Below, in pieces: positions 36,555-49,925 of a stretch of 64,000 bases of DNA. Within the stretch, counting starts at the first letter, position 1. The number at the start of each line of letters is the position of its first letter. Position numbers and translations under genes: made by a program. Source of the DNA: Glycera tridactyla (Eukaryota); assembly GCA_965644265.1 (NCBI GenBank), contig OZ286459.1, positions 34,906,001 to 34,970,000 of the forward strand, written 5' to 3'. The notes below the pieces were generated by a model that was not told where the DNA came from, made no database searches, and worked only from the letters and a program-made list of their open reading frames with translations.

Positions 36555-37030
36555 GAGCAGGATTGTCCTGGTTACAACATACATGTCCAGTTGAATGTCT
36601 CCATCACCCCCCCCCCCCCCCGTGAGGAGGTGTTTATGGGTGCAGCAGTGTTTGTGAAGTCATGATGGTCATGGACTGTCATCCAGTGTGGAGTTTATTT
36701 ACAGACAACTCATGTTTAGCTGATATACTGTGTAGTAACTCAAGATTGTCCTGGTTACAACATACATGTCCAGTTGGATGTCTCCTTCACATCTCTCCCT
36801 GTGAGGGAGGTGGTTATGGGAGCAGCAGTGCTTATGAAGTCATGCTGGTCATGGACTGTCATCCAGTGTGAGCTACTTTAGAGAAAAGTCATATTGAGCT
36901 GGTTTACTGTATAGTAACTATGATTGTCCTGGTTACAACACACATGTCCAGTTGAATATCTATGTCACATCTCTTCCTGTGAGGAGGTGTTTATGGGTGC
37001 AGCAGTGTTTGTGAATTTTTGATAGTCATG
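36555..37030 (+). repeat. ~180-bp tandem repeat, ~2.5 copies
   Basis: gattgtcctggttacaaca.acatgtccagtt near 36561, 36744, 36922. Confidence 0.85.
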
Positions 37031-39909
37031 TTGGAGTGAACCAGGTAGATATTTCGAGATGGCTGGTGAATTACACTCCCAAGTGATGAAGTAATTTTCA
37101 AATTCTGTGTTGTAACTAGGACACAATCTTGCAGTCCAGCCTACAATTGTATAGAGAACCAGCAGTTCAGTCACTACCTCAAAATTTGATGTATACCAGC
37201 GTACACATCCTTCCAGCTTGGAATTACTTCCTTATTATTTCTTTGAAGTAACCATGTCCAGTTACAACACAGCACTTTTTTCATCTTCCCACCGCCAGTA
37301 TCTCTACACTTCACGCTTGCTAGACTGGAAAAATCTTGTAGATGAATGTAGAGGTACTGTTGGGACAAATGGAAGCAGAAATATCAAAGACTCGTGAGTG
37401 GCACTCACCAGTGAACTTGTGATTATTAAATTTGTGTTGTAGCTAGGACACAATCTTGTGAATCTGCTTATCATTGTACTCAAGCAGTTGGCAGATCAGT
37501 CAGTGCTTGAAAATTCGAAGAACCACCAAACACATCCTCCCAGGTGGGAATGACAAAAAAACTTCCATATGCATCCATATAGCCTGAAAATGAAGTAGTG
37601 AGCTGGTTCTAATAAAAAGGTCGCTGTACAATTTCACATTACAATCTTTCAAAATGGGGAGCAGATCATGACAACATTAAGGTTTCCATAGCTGGATGTT
37701 CAGAATAGTAAAAATTGGTTACAACACGAAATTGTTCCTACACCCAGAACGATATGCCCCAGGCATGGGGTAACAACATCATACAGAAAACTTGTGATAT
37801 AAATGATTTTGAAAAATCCGCCTTCTGGGAGCATATGGGCACCACATTTACAAACATCACCATATTCTACGCGAGGGAGCACTGCCTGCCAGGGGCAAGT
37901 GGTTTCATTGGGTTTAAATTCCTTTCAACCACCTTGGGTTACATCGGACTGAAGAACTGAAAATGCTGAAGAGGCACTGTTGCCGGGAGCCGTCCCTACT
38001 CTTTGCGAAGGACAGCAGTGGTTCTTTTACGTATATACAGGGGTTGGTTGGTTCTGGTTCAACGTCACGTCAGCTGCCGTTGTACTATATTGCAATGGGC
38101 ATGGGTGGGATCACTCAAGAATCCTTTTTCCGGGTCACCAACAGAAAGTGAAAATTCATGAAATTCAGACAATTAATGTAATTTCTTTTATTAGAAATGT
38201 CGACCATGGCGTTACCCTGTGAACATCTTTCCCGAGGATGAATTTTGTCAACAGTTTGAAATATACCTAGAAGACGGAAATGTGTGAGGCTCGGAGAGTT
38301 ACAGTTATTTTCTCATCCTCATTAATATAAAATGAGATATTGCCAGGTTGATTGTTCGGTTGGTTTATCAGCTGTCTCATATCATGTTCACATTATATGG
38401 ACAATATTGAGGCGATGATTATGGCTGGAATCATCCAACCCCTCATTGGCTAGATGGTTGGTTGGTTCCGGTTTAACGTCACATCGAAGCCATATGTGCT
38501 ATATTGAGATGCCCATGCGATGGCTATGGATGGGATTTTTCAAGACTCTCCCTCCCGTGTAAATGAAATTACACCTTGAGTGTCAGTGAATACAATAAGT
38601 TTTCGTCTTCTGTAAGGGACCCAGGACTAGGAGTCTTGAATGGCCCCTTCCATGTCCATCACATGGGCGTCACAATATAGCGCAAATGGAGCTGACGTGA
38701 CGTTAAACCCAAACCAACCATCCCCAAAGTAAGGTGACGTTTCATTTGATTCACGCACTTGAGGTATCATTTCTGTTATTAAAAATAACTTGGGATTGAT
38801 TCATATAGCGTTCCACAGTGAATAAGGAATCAATTCACAGGGTCATCACTGCGAGCGCTGGATCATCTGTCCTTCGCAAGCGCAACTCTCACAAACCCAG
38901 GACAAAATGATGGGGTCCAGAATGGTTGTCAAATTGAAGTAGCTCGCTGACCTGAAGAACCGAGCGATGTGTATCCATGTAATTGACAGACACTCGTGAA
39001 AGTGGGCGCCATAAAGCCAGCACATGTTTGAAGAGATTGATTGATTGAGTCTTGTTTAACGTCCTCTCGACACCACATGGGTCATTTCGGACTCAATTAT
39101 TCTATCGTACCATGGAATTACTCTTCTATACAAATTATTGTATCCAGGAAGTAATGTGTGGAAACAAATATTGGATTGCAAATAAATAAATAAGAAAGTA
39201 TTGTTCATTTTTTCCAATCTTTGTTTCTTGATATTATTCTATTATGTTCATAATATATAAACTTTTTGCTGCAGAATGACACTGGATTCGAATTGTGCGG
39301 GGCTCTACTGAAACGATCGTTCTTGATTCCTTCTTTCGTAAATTCTCATTCAAATTTGATCAATTGCAGGATTAGTTTCATAAGTATTGCCCTGAATGAT
39401 CGTATATTTCATGTGGTAAATATTGTGGCCTGCAGGCATCCCTCTCAGAAGCCCCAAATGACAGTAGTTGACAGCACTTTCATTACAAATTGATGAAACT
39501 GTCGATGGCATATCTATCTAAGTAGCTGGTTGGTTCTGGTTAACGTCACGTCAGCTCCATCTGTGCTATATTGTGACGCCCATGCAAAGAGCATGGGTGG
39601 GATGATTCAAGACTCCTCCTTCTTGATCCCCATCAGAAGGCGAAATAAAATTCAAACACTCGAGAGATTGATTCACATGGCTTCCACTAGGTCAGTATTA
39701 GCTGGAAGCCGGCACTCGAGACCCATAGTAATGCTCTCCTTTCGATCAAGGAGTAGGATTTGGAACAGGGAAATGCATTTTCTTTGGGGGGATTAGAACC
39801 AGTGATAATGGATGTCAAACCAACATAACGTTGGTTGGTTGGTGTTTAATGTCACATCAGCTTCATTTGTGCTAAACTTTAACGCCCATGCGATGGGCAC
39901 GGGTGGGAT

Positions 39910-40020
39910 TGTTGAGGGGTAGATTGTGTGGTGTGTTAGACATCACCGGGTTGTGGTACTTTGTGGTATGTAGTGAATAAAGCTGTTGTTATCCTGGCAA
40001 GATGGCCTCCTGTACTAACT
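39910..40020 (+). repeat. 5' LTR (~110 bp)
   Basis: Starts TGTTGAGGGG, contains AATAAA, abuts PBS; right end uncertain by 1-2 bp because it reads ...AACT rather than ...CA. Confidence 0.88.
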
Positions 40021-40040
40021 TGGTGTCAGATGTGGGATTC
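40021..40040 (+). promoter_or_regulatory. Primer-binding site, tRNA-Leu type
   Basis: TGGTGTCAGATGTGGGATTC; one mismatch to the complement of the metazoan tRNA-Leu 3' end (GAATCCCACTTCTGACACCA, from memory). Confidence 0.8.
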
Positions 40041-40210
40041 CAATTATCCTACTCACAGTCTGCATAGAAGAAAGAAGAATGTGTAGGCATCCAAAAGAGA
40101 GAATAACAGAGCTCCATCGAGGCATAAATTCATCCACATACTGTGAGCTATAACCTTCAATTTTGCCATTCAATCAGTCAACCTGGGTGATAATAGAGAG
40201 ACAAGTCACC

Positions 40211-40540
40211 ATGTGCGCAGCATTCAAGCTCCCAGAGCTGAATCACTCAGCAAACATGAAAGATGCATTCAGGCTATGGAGAACTCGTTTTAATGATTAT
40301 TGTATCATTAAAGAATACCGTGATGTTGCATCAAGTGACAATGAAAGACATTACAAAGAGGAAAAACGAGCTCTGGAGTTGGCATCATTCAGGTCAGCCC
40401 TGTCAAATGAAATTCTGAACATTGTCCAGTACACCATTGCTCCCCAAATTGATGAGGTTGACAAGCCCAAGCCTTGGGTTTGGATGGAAAAATTAGCCAC
40501 TCACTTTGAAGGGGAGGACACTGTAATGGCCGAAAGATAC
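40211..40540 (+). pseudogene. gag: Truncated gag
   Basis: MCAAFKLPEL...AFRLWRTRFNDY...LATHFEGEDTVMAERY; stops where the rest of gag should follow. Confidence 0.75.
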
Positions 40541-40550
40541 CATAACGACA

Positions 40551-43500
40551 GTGAAACTTCTGTGTGAGACAGCAAATCGTTTCTTTACATTGGATTTTGA
40601 GGTAGTCGAAGGTGAACTGATCAAAAATAAACCAGCACTTCTGGGTTTGAAAGACTCGCTACGTATGGGCCTGGTTGATTTTGACAATATGCGTGTATAC
40701 CCTCATGGAGACAACCGAGCTTCCCCACGTGAAAACCGTGAGGATGCACATGGACTGGCGGCAGTGACATCAGCAGACGTCCCTCAATCAGATCTCCGGC
40801 CAGGCTACATCACCAAGGAGGATCTCACCAGGACATTTAAGCACAATTTTGTCGGTTTAGGTAAACTAGGTAAACCTGTATGCTTAGAACTCAATTCAAC
40901 AGTTATTCCCCGACATGCTCCGGTTCACCGAATTCCAGTGTCCAAACGTAACGCAGTCAAGGCGAAACTCGATGACATGGTGCGGGAAGGAAAACTGGCA
41001 AAGACTGAGGTGGCCACAGACTGGTGCAGCAACATGACGGTCGCAGAAAAACGGCGTAGTGATGGTTCCATGAAAGTTCGGATCTGCCTCGATCCTAGTC
41101 AAACAGTTAACAAGGCAATCACCATTCCGCGATACCAAATACCGACTACAGCTGAACTGCTCCCGAGACTTGCCGGTCACAAATATAAAACATTTTCCAT
41201 CTTTGATGCATTGGATGGATTCACACAGGTGCCGCTTGACGAGTCGTCGAGTCATCTCACAACAATGCACACACCGTGGGGCCGTTACCGCTGGTGCCGC
41301 CTTCTGTATGGCATAAGCAGTGCCCCAGAAGAATTTCAGCGTCGAATACACGAAGCCCTTGAGGGGTTAGATGGTCTATTTTGCATCGCAGATGATATCA
41401 TGGTGTTCGGTCAGGGTGACACGCGTGAAGATGCAGACAGACAACATGATGATAGAGTCCTGGCCCTCATGCAGCGCTGCACTGAGCGGGACTTAAAGCT
41501 CAACCCACAGAAAATCCAGTTTAAGTTACAAAAAATCCGCTTCATGGGTATGACCATTTCTGAAGAAGGGGTATATGCCGACCCGGAGAAAGTGCGAGCA
41601 ATATCTGATTTGCCACCTCCTGAGAACAAACAAGCTGTGATGAGGTTCTGTGGCATGGCAAACTACCTTAACAATTTCTGCCCCAACCTGTCGAGAACCA
41701 TTCAACCGCTCTATGATTTGACAAAAGACTCGCATGATTTTGTCTGGTCAACTGCACACCAGGTGGCTTTTGATAAGGCCAAACACCTCATAGTCAGTGC
41801 CCCTTGCTTAGCATTTTTCGATAATGAGAAGCCTGTGTTTCTACAAGTGGATGCCTCCCAAGGAGGACTTGGAGGTGCACTGCTCCAACCAGACACAGAT
41901 GATAAGTTACAGCCAGTGGCATTCTGCTCGTCGAAGATGCGTCCCAATGAGGAGAATTGGGCGCAGATTGAAAAGGAGTGTCTGGCTATCGTGGCAGCGT
42001 GTGAGAGATGGGACTTATGGCTGTATGGACGTGATGTCACAGTGCACTCCGATCATCAACCATTGGAGACCATATTCAAGAAACCGCTTCGTTCGGCACC
42101 CCGTCGACTTCAAAAGATGATGTTGAGACTTCAACGATACCGCCTGAACATAGTTTATAAGAAAGGTTCCAGCCTGGTACTTGCGGACACACTGTCGAGA
42201 GCAACCCTTCCAGATGAGAATGCAACCAAACAGAATAACTTTGATATATTTCGCATCTCGCTCGAGGAGGATACGCCGCTTCACCAGGGTATATCCTCGA
42301 AAACGCTAATAGAAGTCCAGCAGGCCACAGCTCTTGACCCCGAATCCATTGTGCTGACATCAGTGATAATCCAAGGGTGGCCTAGTCACAAATCGCTGGT
42401 GAATATTCTCATCACTCCTTATTGGCCGTATCGTGACGAACTGTCTGTGATTGATGGCATTATCCACAAGGGTGATCAGGTGGTGATACCACCCTCTCTC
42501 TGACGTGGCGTTATGGAACGTATTCATGTTTCCCACATGGGCCCGGAGTCGAATATCAGGCTCTGTAGAGAGCTAATCTTCTGGCCAGGGTTGAGATCAG
42601 ACATAACACAGATGTGTGAGGCCTGCACCAAATGCGCTAAATTCAGGGCACAGAATGCGAAGGAACCCATGGGATCTTGCCCTGTACCATCGTTCCCTTG
42701 GCAATTCGCAAGCCAGGACCTGTTCTCGTTTGATAACAGGTCTTACCTTGTAACAGTCGATCATTTCTCCGATTTCATTGAGGTGGACGCCCTCGACAAC
42801 ACATTAGCGAGCACCATAGCCTCTAAGACTGAGATCCAATTAGCTAGACATGGAGTTCCAGAGGTGATGTTGACCGACAATGGGCCACAGTTTATAGCCT
42901 GTGAGTATGAGGCACTCTGTCACCGATACAACATCACCCACATTACGAGCTCCCCATACTGGCCTCAGGGCAATGGAAAGGCGGAGGCGGCGGTCAAGAT
43001 TCTGAAGCGCCTCCTGCAAAAATCGGGAAGTGATAATCTACAAGAAGCTCTCATGACATTGAGGAACACTCCCCCACAAGGCCATCATCTTAGTCCTGCA
43101 CAGCGTAGCATGGGTCACAGGACACGTGGTCTTCTACCGGTCTCTCGCAGCCTCCTGTCTCACTCAAGGGAGTCCTCAAAACAGGTGCAGCTAGACATCA
43201 CACGAAAAAAGCTCAGTGCAAAACACAGCTATGACCAACGCGTACCATCCCGTGAACTTCCAGGCCTGACTACTGGCCAATATGTATGCGCGAAACCGCC
43301 TCCAGCTCAGCGCTCACAACCATGGCGACATGGCGTCGTATCTGCTTCAGCTGGTCCAAGATCATATGTGATCGACCCACCAACAGGTCCGATTCGCCGC
43401 AATAGGGTTCATCTGAATACTGCACCGCCACCAACACAAGGCCCTCAAGGTCCAGCGGAGTATCCAGATTGGCAGAATGGGTTCCCGAAGAATGCCCACA

Positions 43501-43739
43501 ATGCCCCTATTACGCCGGTGACTGGGAGCCCAGCTAGGCCAGAGAATCGTGCTCCACGTAAGGGCATAGTCCAGCCATCAGAGAGTGTGAATCGTACAGG
43601 AGCACAATCTGAGGCTATGTCACCCCAAAACCATCCACTAATGAGCGCGACATCCCCGTCTACTAAAATTCATCACGAAGTGGCCACCAGATCTGGCAGA
43701 CTCTCGACCAAGCCTCGTCGCTGGATAGAGGAAAACTGA
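40551..43739 (+). pseudogene. pol: pol (protease C-terminal half, RT, RNase H, integrase) with one in-frame TGA at 42501-42503
   Basis: RICLDP, DALDGF, LLYGISSAPEEFQ, IADD; RNase H DAS/EKE/DHQPL; integrase HVSH...CEAC and D(QDLF)-D(TDNG)-E(KAE). The 650-aa and 408-aa ORFs share a frame. Confidence 0.95.
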
Positions 43740-44320
43740 AGTTAGTCTGATATTAGTCTGACCATTGGCACGGGCAGAATAATCCCTGGGGCATGAGGAC
43801 AGTCTACTCCTGTGATTGCTTCCAGTGCCATAGGTTCGACTCATTTTAGGGTGTCACATTCTGCAGTCACAATCTGGCGTGCATGATGTTGTTACAAGTG
43901 CGTAATCTCTACTCGTCACCCAACAACTCGAGTTGTGTTCAGCCGTTACACAGTGACTCAGAAGAATCCCTATGTAAAAGATCAGTGACGATAATGAACT
44001 AGTCATCATTATACAAACAATATTTAGTCAACATCAATACCACATATCTGACCCGTAGTAGGCCCTTGCATCCCAACAGTTTTGGTGTGTTCGCCATTCA
44101 GTATTTTCATTTTGTCCTTTTTCGCTAGTCAGAGTCTATGAAAAACATGACAACCAATGACTCTAGTCATACTCACTGATACCCTGTCTCGAAGGAAGTC
44201 TCTATCAGTGACCAGTGCGAACAATATGCTAGTCTGTGCTGTCCTTGCAGCAACTCAAATGTCTTACACCATTGACTTTTTTTGTTTTGTTTACATGTAC
44301 TTAATTTTCTTCTTTCTTTT

Positions 44321-44333
44321 AGAAAAGGGGGGA
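44321..44333 (+). promoter_or_regulatory. Polypurine tract
   Basis: AGAAAAGGGGGGA directly before the 3' LTR, preceded by a T-rich tract. Confidence 0.9.
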
Positions 44334-44396
44334 TGTTGAGGGGTAGATTGTGTGGTGTGTTAGACATCACCGGGTTGTGGTACTTTGTGGTATGTA
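44334..44396 (+). repeat. 3' LTR, first 63 bp only
   Basis: 63/63 identical to 39910-39972, then interrupted. Confidence 0.95.
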
Positions 44397-45042
44397 ACGT
44401 AGGGTGTCCTAATATGGGCAGGGTCCTAATATCGTCACCAAAATTGAATGCTTCCTCCCTTCCCTCCCCAAGGTCGGATTCTAGCCAGGTTGGTCTCATT
44501 TGAAAGAGCTCCTTATTTGCTTTGATTTGAATGCAATCATGATGTGTGGCTGCTTGGAATGATGTCATTCTTCTTTGCTCAAAGTTTGAGGCACCTAAAA
44601 TGAGGACAGTGGCCTTGATATAGATGTGTGACACCCTCACTTGCATGTTGTTTTTCTCACTTACTTCTCATGCCACCAGTGTAAACAAAGTCTTAGCATA
44701 AGGGAAAACTTCCCAATTATCACTCCTAGGTGTTTGTGGGCGGGGATACATAATTTTATCAACTTTGCAAAGGAATAAAAAATGTGACCATATTAGGACC
44801 CCTAAAACAGGCCAAATGACAGATTTAGGACCCCCCAGCATGTAAAGTGCCCCTAATATCGCCGAGGGGTCCTAATACTGTCACCCGTGTAGTTGGGGGG
44901 ATTGTAATATCGTCATCGGTGCATTTACTATGAAAAGAGTGATTATAACGAGAGAAAACTTGATGCAAGGCATCAACTAGGCTTATCAGCCTCAAATGCT
45001 GAGTGTGAAAGCGATGGACCATGTCAGTTTTGGACATGCCCA

Positions 45043-45105
<63 letters not shown>

Positions 45106-45141
45106 CAGCATACCCGATTCAGACAATTGGCAACCATTCTT

Positions 45142-45214
<73 letters not shown>

Positions 45215-45308
45215 ACTCTCTGTGATTTACAGATCACCATGCCTGCCCCTCTGTGCACTGGATGTCAGCCCAACATCAGGCATGTCATGTGTCTGTGTGT
45301 GTGTGTGT

Positions 45309-45357
<49 letters not shown>
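45043..45357. repeat. Cluster of (TG)n, (TC)n and (TG)n microsatellites inside the DNA transposon
   Basis: Direct reading; source of several spurious ORFs. Confidence 0.96.
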
Positions 45358-45360
<3 letters not shown>

Positions 45361-45949
45361 AAGAGTGTGTAGGTGTCTGTAATTAGTGACCACCTGCTTA
45401 CAATGGGGTCTAAAAGATCAGGGGTCACCGAAAACTACTGATCATCATCAAGACAGATTTGACTCAAGTCAGAAGTGTGTTAAACATTACTCTCTCTGAA
45501 AGATCACAATTATGCATTGCAGCTTGCCAGGTTATCATTGTGGACAAGTTTAACTGCCAGTGACTTTTTAAGCTCAGATGATGCATCAGTTCAAAGAGTA
45601 GGTTCGGTAATAGATGACATGTCTAACCAAGCATTCAAACATAGTCAAGTTATCAATTTTGATCACCTTTCCACAATTTTGTTCTCTAAACATCTAAGGT
45701 CCCTGAAAGCAACAGCGCATCAACACAGTGTGTACATGGCAGTCAGAAGTGTGTTGAAGGCCATAGCTCTTTATAGACCACCAATTGCAATTTTTCAGAT
45801 GGTCACCATTAACAGATTTGATTACTGGGGAATTGTTAAGTTCATATAACATATTGATTCCATGAGAGGTGAAGGATAAGCTGAATTAGATTTTGGTACG
45901 TATAACATGCCCAACTCACATATCAAGCGGGTATCTCCACTGAAGTATT

Positions 45950-47010
45950 AGTCCAAGAGCTGGGGGTCACTTATTTGCTCGGAATGACCAGATGTCTGGT
46001 TGTTATTTTCAGAAAGGACTATCACTAAGGTGTTTGAAACATGCAGTCTTAAGTGTTCCTAGTGGTGGATTAGTATTTCAGAGCCCATCGTTGATTTGAA
46101 GACAGGCATAATGACGCAATACTGGAAAAGGACTGTTTTGGATCTCATATGACTTTCTGATGGCCCAATATGGTCATATTTGTTATCAAAATGTAGGTCT
46201 TGATAAGACACACTGACTTAGAGCACTAACGTTGATGTACAGAGAGATTGGAAGATGTTGCCTGCTAATAAATGGTATTTTTCTGTGATTTATTTGGATC
46301 AGGCTTCATAAAGTTCATCCAAAAAGTAAAGAATAGCAGTTACCAGATATTTGGTTGTTATATGCAGATAGTACTAATACTCAGGTGTTTGGAACATGCA
46401 GTCTTAAATGTTCCTAGTGGTGGATTAGTTTCTGAGAGACCATTGTTGATTTGAGGTCGGCAAAAAAATGCAATAGTGGAAGAAGGCTGTTCTTGACATC
46501 ATATGACCTTCTGATGGCCCAATATGGTCATATTTGGTATCAAAATGTAGGTTCTGACATGACACATTAATTTAGAGTACTTACGTTGATGAACATGGAG
46601 AATGAATGGTGTGGGCTGCTAATAAATGGTATTTTCTGGTGATTTTCGGGATCAGGCTTCATGAAACCTCAACCAAAAAGTGAAGAATCACAGTCACCAG
46701 ATGTCTGGTTGTAATATTCAGAAGGGATTATCACTCAGGTGTTCAGAACATGCATTTTCAGGTGTTCCTAGTGGTGGATTAGTATTTCAGAACCCAATGT
46801 TGATTTTCAGATGAGATGGGCATGAATGCACAATACTGAGAAAGGGATGTCATTGACCTCATAAGACCTTCCCATGGCACAATGTGGCCATATATGGTAT
46901 CAAAATGTAGGTCTTGATGGGATACATTGATTAGGACCATGACAGTAGATGTACGGAAGAGTGAACTATACAATTGCTCCACAAAGTGTTGAATCTTCAG
47001 AAACCTCTTC
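45950..47010 (+). repeat. Three tandem ~354-bp units
   Basis: ccagat.t.tggttg anchor at 45988, 46343, 46697. Confidence 0.88.
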
Positions 47011-47529
47011 CTGTACGATGGACGTGTTTTCCCGACCTGCCCAGAAAAACTTGCAATTGCATAATGTTATGTCAGTGACTGTTACATCCATACCAATAAC
47101 AGGTGAATTATTGATATTTACAATTGAAATAACATATATTTCACTGAATAATACAAAAACGGGCAAATGTCAAAAAGAAAGTAGGTTTCATTGTCAGTGA
47201 CATGAATCCAAACTTGTCATGGCAGAGTGTAGGTGAGATTAACTGTACCCTTCTGAATGATACATGACATTCTCATTCTGAATAATCTCCCCCATCAGTG
47301 GACACCTCAGCCATGTGTTTATCACCATTCTTGGTGTCACTGGTAATGTCACTTGTGTCAAACTTAATGCCATTGGGATTTTTTTTTGTTCCACTGTAGA
47401 TCATTTCCAGATTGCCCCAAGTGAGCAGCCATCCATGTCCTTCTGGTCTGAATTCTGTAAACTGTGCCTCTCTGGCCTTCATGTGTGTCTCATAGTTTAT
47501 TCCTAAAACCTCAACATTTCATTTCATTT

Positions 47530-49310
47530 TCCCTTCATCTCCATCTTTATCTTTATCAGATGCTTTGATTTGCTCGAGGTACCACCGATTTTCAATCACA
47601 AATTTCAACAAAGTGTTGAGATCTTGCACCATCTACGAGCAATTTAGAGCTGCCACGTACGGACAAACTTCTCACGTGCTATGCAGACTGAGACAGGAGC
47701 ATGCCTGCTTCTCCAAGTTGTGAGAAGGCCTCAATGACAGTGGGATATTGGATCATCAGGTCCTGTTTTTCCCTGTCTTATAAATGCTGCTCTGTAGTAA
47801 CACCCCGTGAAGGCATGGAATCTAAGAAATGTCTCACACATATCAGCACCAAGGTACTCAGCCAGATCACTTAATGTTTGACAACAGAGACCATGGTCAA
47901 TCTGAGTGATGGCTTAAAAGTAGTGGACATGATACAGAAGCAGCAGAAACACATCTGTCTCATTGCATCGAAATACAAGATTCTGATCAGGAACTCGCTT
48001 AGCATGGTATGAGCCATGATACATCATTCTTGCTTCTCCTCCTTCATGAGAACTTCCCAGCCATGGGAAGTTCTCTCGAATGACCTGTGTACTTGTATCA
48101 CTGTTCTATCACACCCAGATACAGGCAGGCAATGCTGGATTGGTAGTGTGCCATAGTTGTTCAGTGATCACTTGTTGGCAGAAAACATGCATAAGACCAT
48201 TTTGGATGAAGAGGACAAAGTGCCTGATTTAAGGCACTGGGCCTATCCTGAAGAGGTCCTGTATGTGATGATGTATTTCATTTGAATTGAATGTCTCAAT
48301 GAGATTGTTGTGTTCATGCTTTGACAGATGGGCCATCTGGATATGAACATACAATATGAACAGCTAGTCAGTGCCAGATCATATAGTCTCTCGAGTGCTA
48401 CTTTGGCAACACCACCATAGGTCACAGGAATATTTCGAAACTTGTGTGAAGAAAGCACTTGGGTAGCCATCTGCTGTTACTCATTGAACAGGATCTAATA
48501 GGCTACAATTGTCTTCCTGAGTGTTGATTTGTTGGTCTGCTTTATGGAGCTAGAGATAGTGGTGCACTAATAAGAGGATAAGTCAAGACACTGCTCAAGT
48601 CCATATGCTGTGGGGCAGCAAGATCAACTAAACACCCAAACATGTCTCTGGCACAACATACAATTGGCACTTTCATGTCTTTTCAGTTATAATTGGATCT
48701 TTTGGGCATCCTGTACAGAGTTTCAATCTTGCATTGAATTGGCTGCTCAAAACACTTGTCCTTGAATTCCAAGATGAATCAGAGTGTACCAATATCACTG
48801 ACAACAAGAAGGACATTGGCTACTTCATCTGAGCTTGGTTTTGCACTGGCAACAAAGTAGAGATTGTGATTAGTTACCCATCATTGAGAGGATACAGGGA
48901 TTCTTCAAATCCTTGGATCACATTTGTGAAGTCATTTTCATCTCTCTTGATTCAGTAGGCGTGAGTTCTTGGCCCCCCTCATCTTACCATACTATAGCCA
49001 TGGCCATTAAATGACTGACAAGAACTCTTCTGAATGGCTCTGCGACAGACCATCTCTTCCTGGCGTTCAGTAAATGAGTGAATCCTGCAATGCACACCAT
49101 GCCTCAAAGCAGCATCTTTGTCTATCTATCTGCTTTGTTTTGGTGATGAAACTGTATTGTGAGGACTCATAGGCATGTAAAATGCGGTACTGCCATGGTA
49201 TTATAGCCTTCAAAGAAGCCTGAGATATACCGGTACATTGGTTTCCCCATCTATCACCTTCCCTGAAATTCAGCAAGCCTGGCAGTCAATATATCATGTT
49301 GCATCAGTTG
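47530..49310 (-). pseudogene. Decayed transposase with XPG-like nuclease motifs (Academ type)
   Basis: Hand translation across frameshifts: IKRDENDF, RDMFGCLVDLA...DLSSVLTYPLISAPLSLA (~48545-48650), SHEGGEARMMYH (~48016-48052), NETDVFLLLLYH (~47929-47964), FHAFTGC (47800-47820)...GK. No ORF of this protein appears in the ORF track. Confidence 0.75.
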
Positions 49311-49414
49311 TTTTGAACATTATAGAAATAGAATAGAGATCATGCTGTTTAAATGATTCAGTTTTGGTTGTCATAGCATCAACTCGACATAATGAAAGAG
49401 GGGATCACATATAG

Positions 49415-49925
49415 GGTTTCTGAGGATTTGACACTTTGTGAAGCAATACTCCACTTTGTGGAGAAAATATATGAAATAGCCATTTATCAGCAAACCACAC
49501 ATTGCAACCCTCCTGTACATCAACTATAGTGGCAATGTATCCCATCAAGACCTACATTTTTATACCACATATGGCCACATTGTGCCATGGGAAGGTCATA
49601 TGAGGTTAATGATATCCTCTCTTTAGTTTTGCCCCTTTATGCCATCTGAAAATCAACTTTGGGTTCTGAAATACTAATCCACCATTAGGGACACTTGAGA
49701 CTGCATGTTCTCAACACCTGAGTGATAGTCCCTCCTGAATATTACAACCAGACATCTGGTCACTGTGATTCTTTAATTTTTGGTTGAGCTTTCATGAAGC
49801 CTGATCCCGAAAATCACCAGAAAATACCATGTATTAGCTGCCTACACCTTTTTTCTCCATGTTCATCAAATAAGTGCTCTGAATCAATGCGTCCTATCAA
49901 AACTCACATTTTGATACCAAATATA
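49415..49925 (-). repeat. Inverted copy of ~46525-47010
   Basis: e.g. caaccagacatctgg at 49745 and gaagcctgatcccgaaaatcaccagaaaatacca are reverse complements of 46625-46710. Confidence 0.88.

Larger units (their letters stand above)
39910..44396 (+). mobile_element. Ty3/Gypsy LTR retrotransposon (Mag-like), internally deleted, 3' LTR truncated
   Basis: 5' LTR 39910-~40020 starting TG, PBS, gag fragment, RT-RNaseH-integrase order, polypurine tract, and 63 bp of 3' LTR identical to the 5' LTR. Confidence 0.96.

Noticed and set aside
35784-36665. 293-aa Thr/His/Pro-rich ORF
   Set aside because: Translation of a C/A low-complexity array; no splice or domain support.
40896-42360. Several 70-150-aa ORFs antisense or out of frame to pol
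   Set aside because: Shadow ORFs of the retrotransposon coding sequence.
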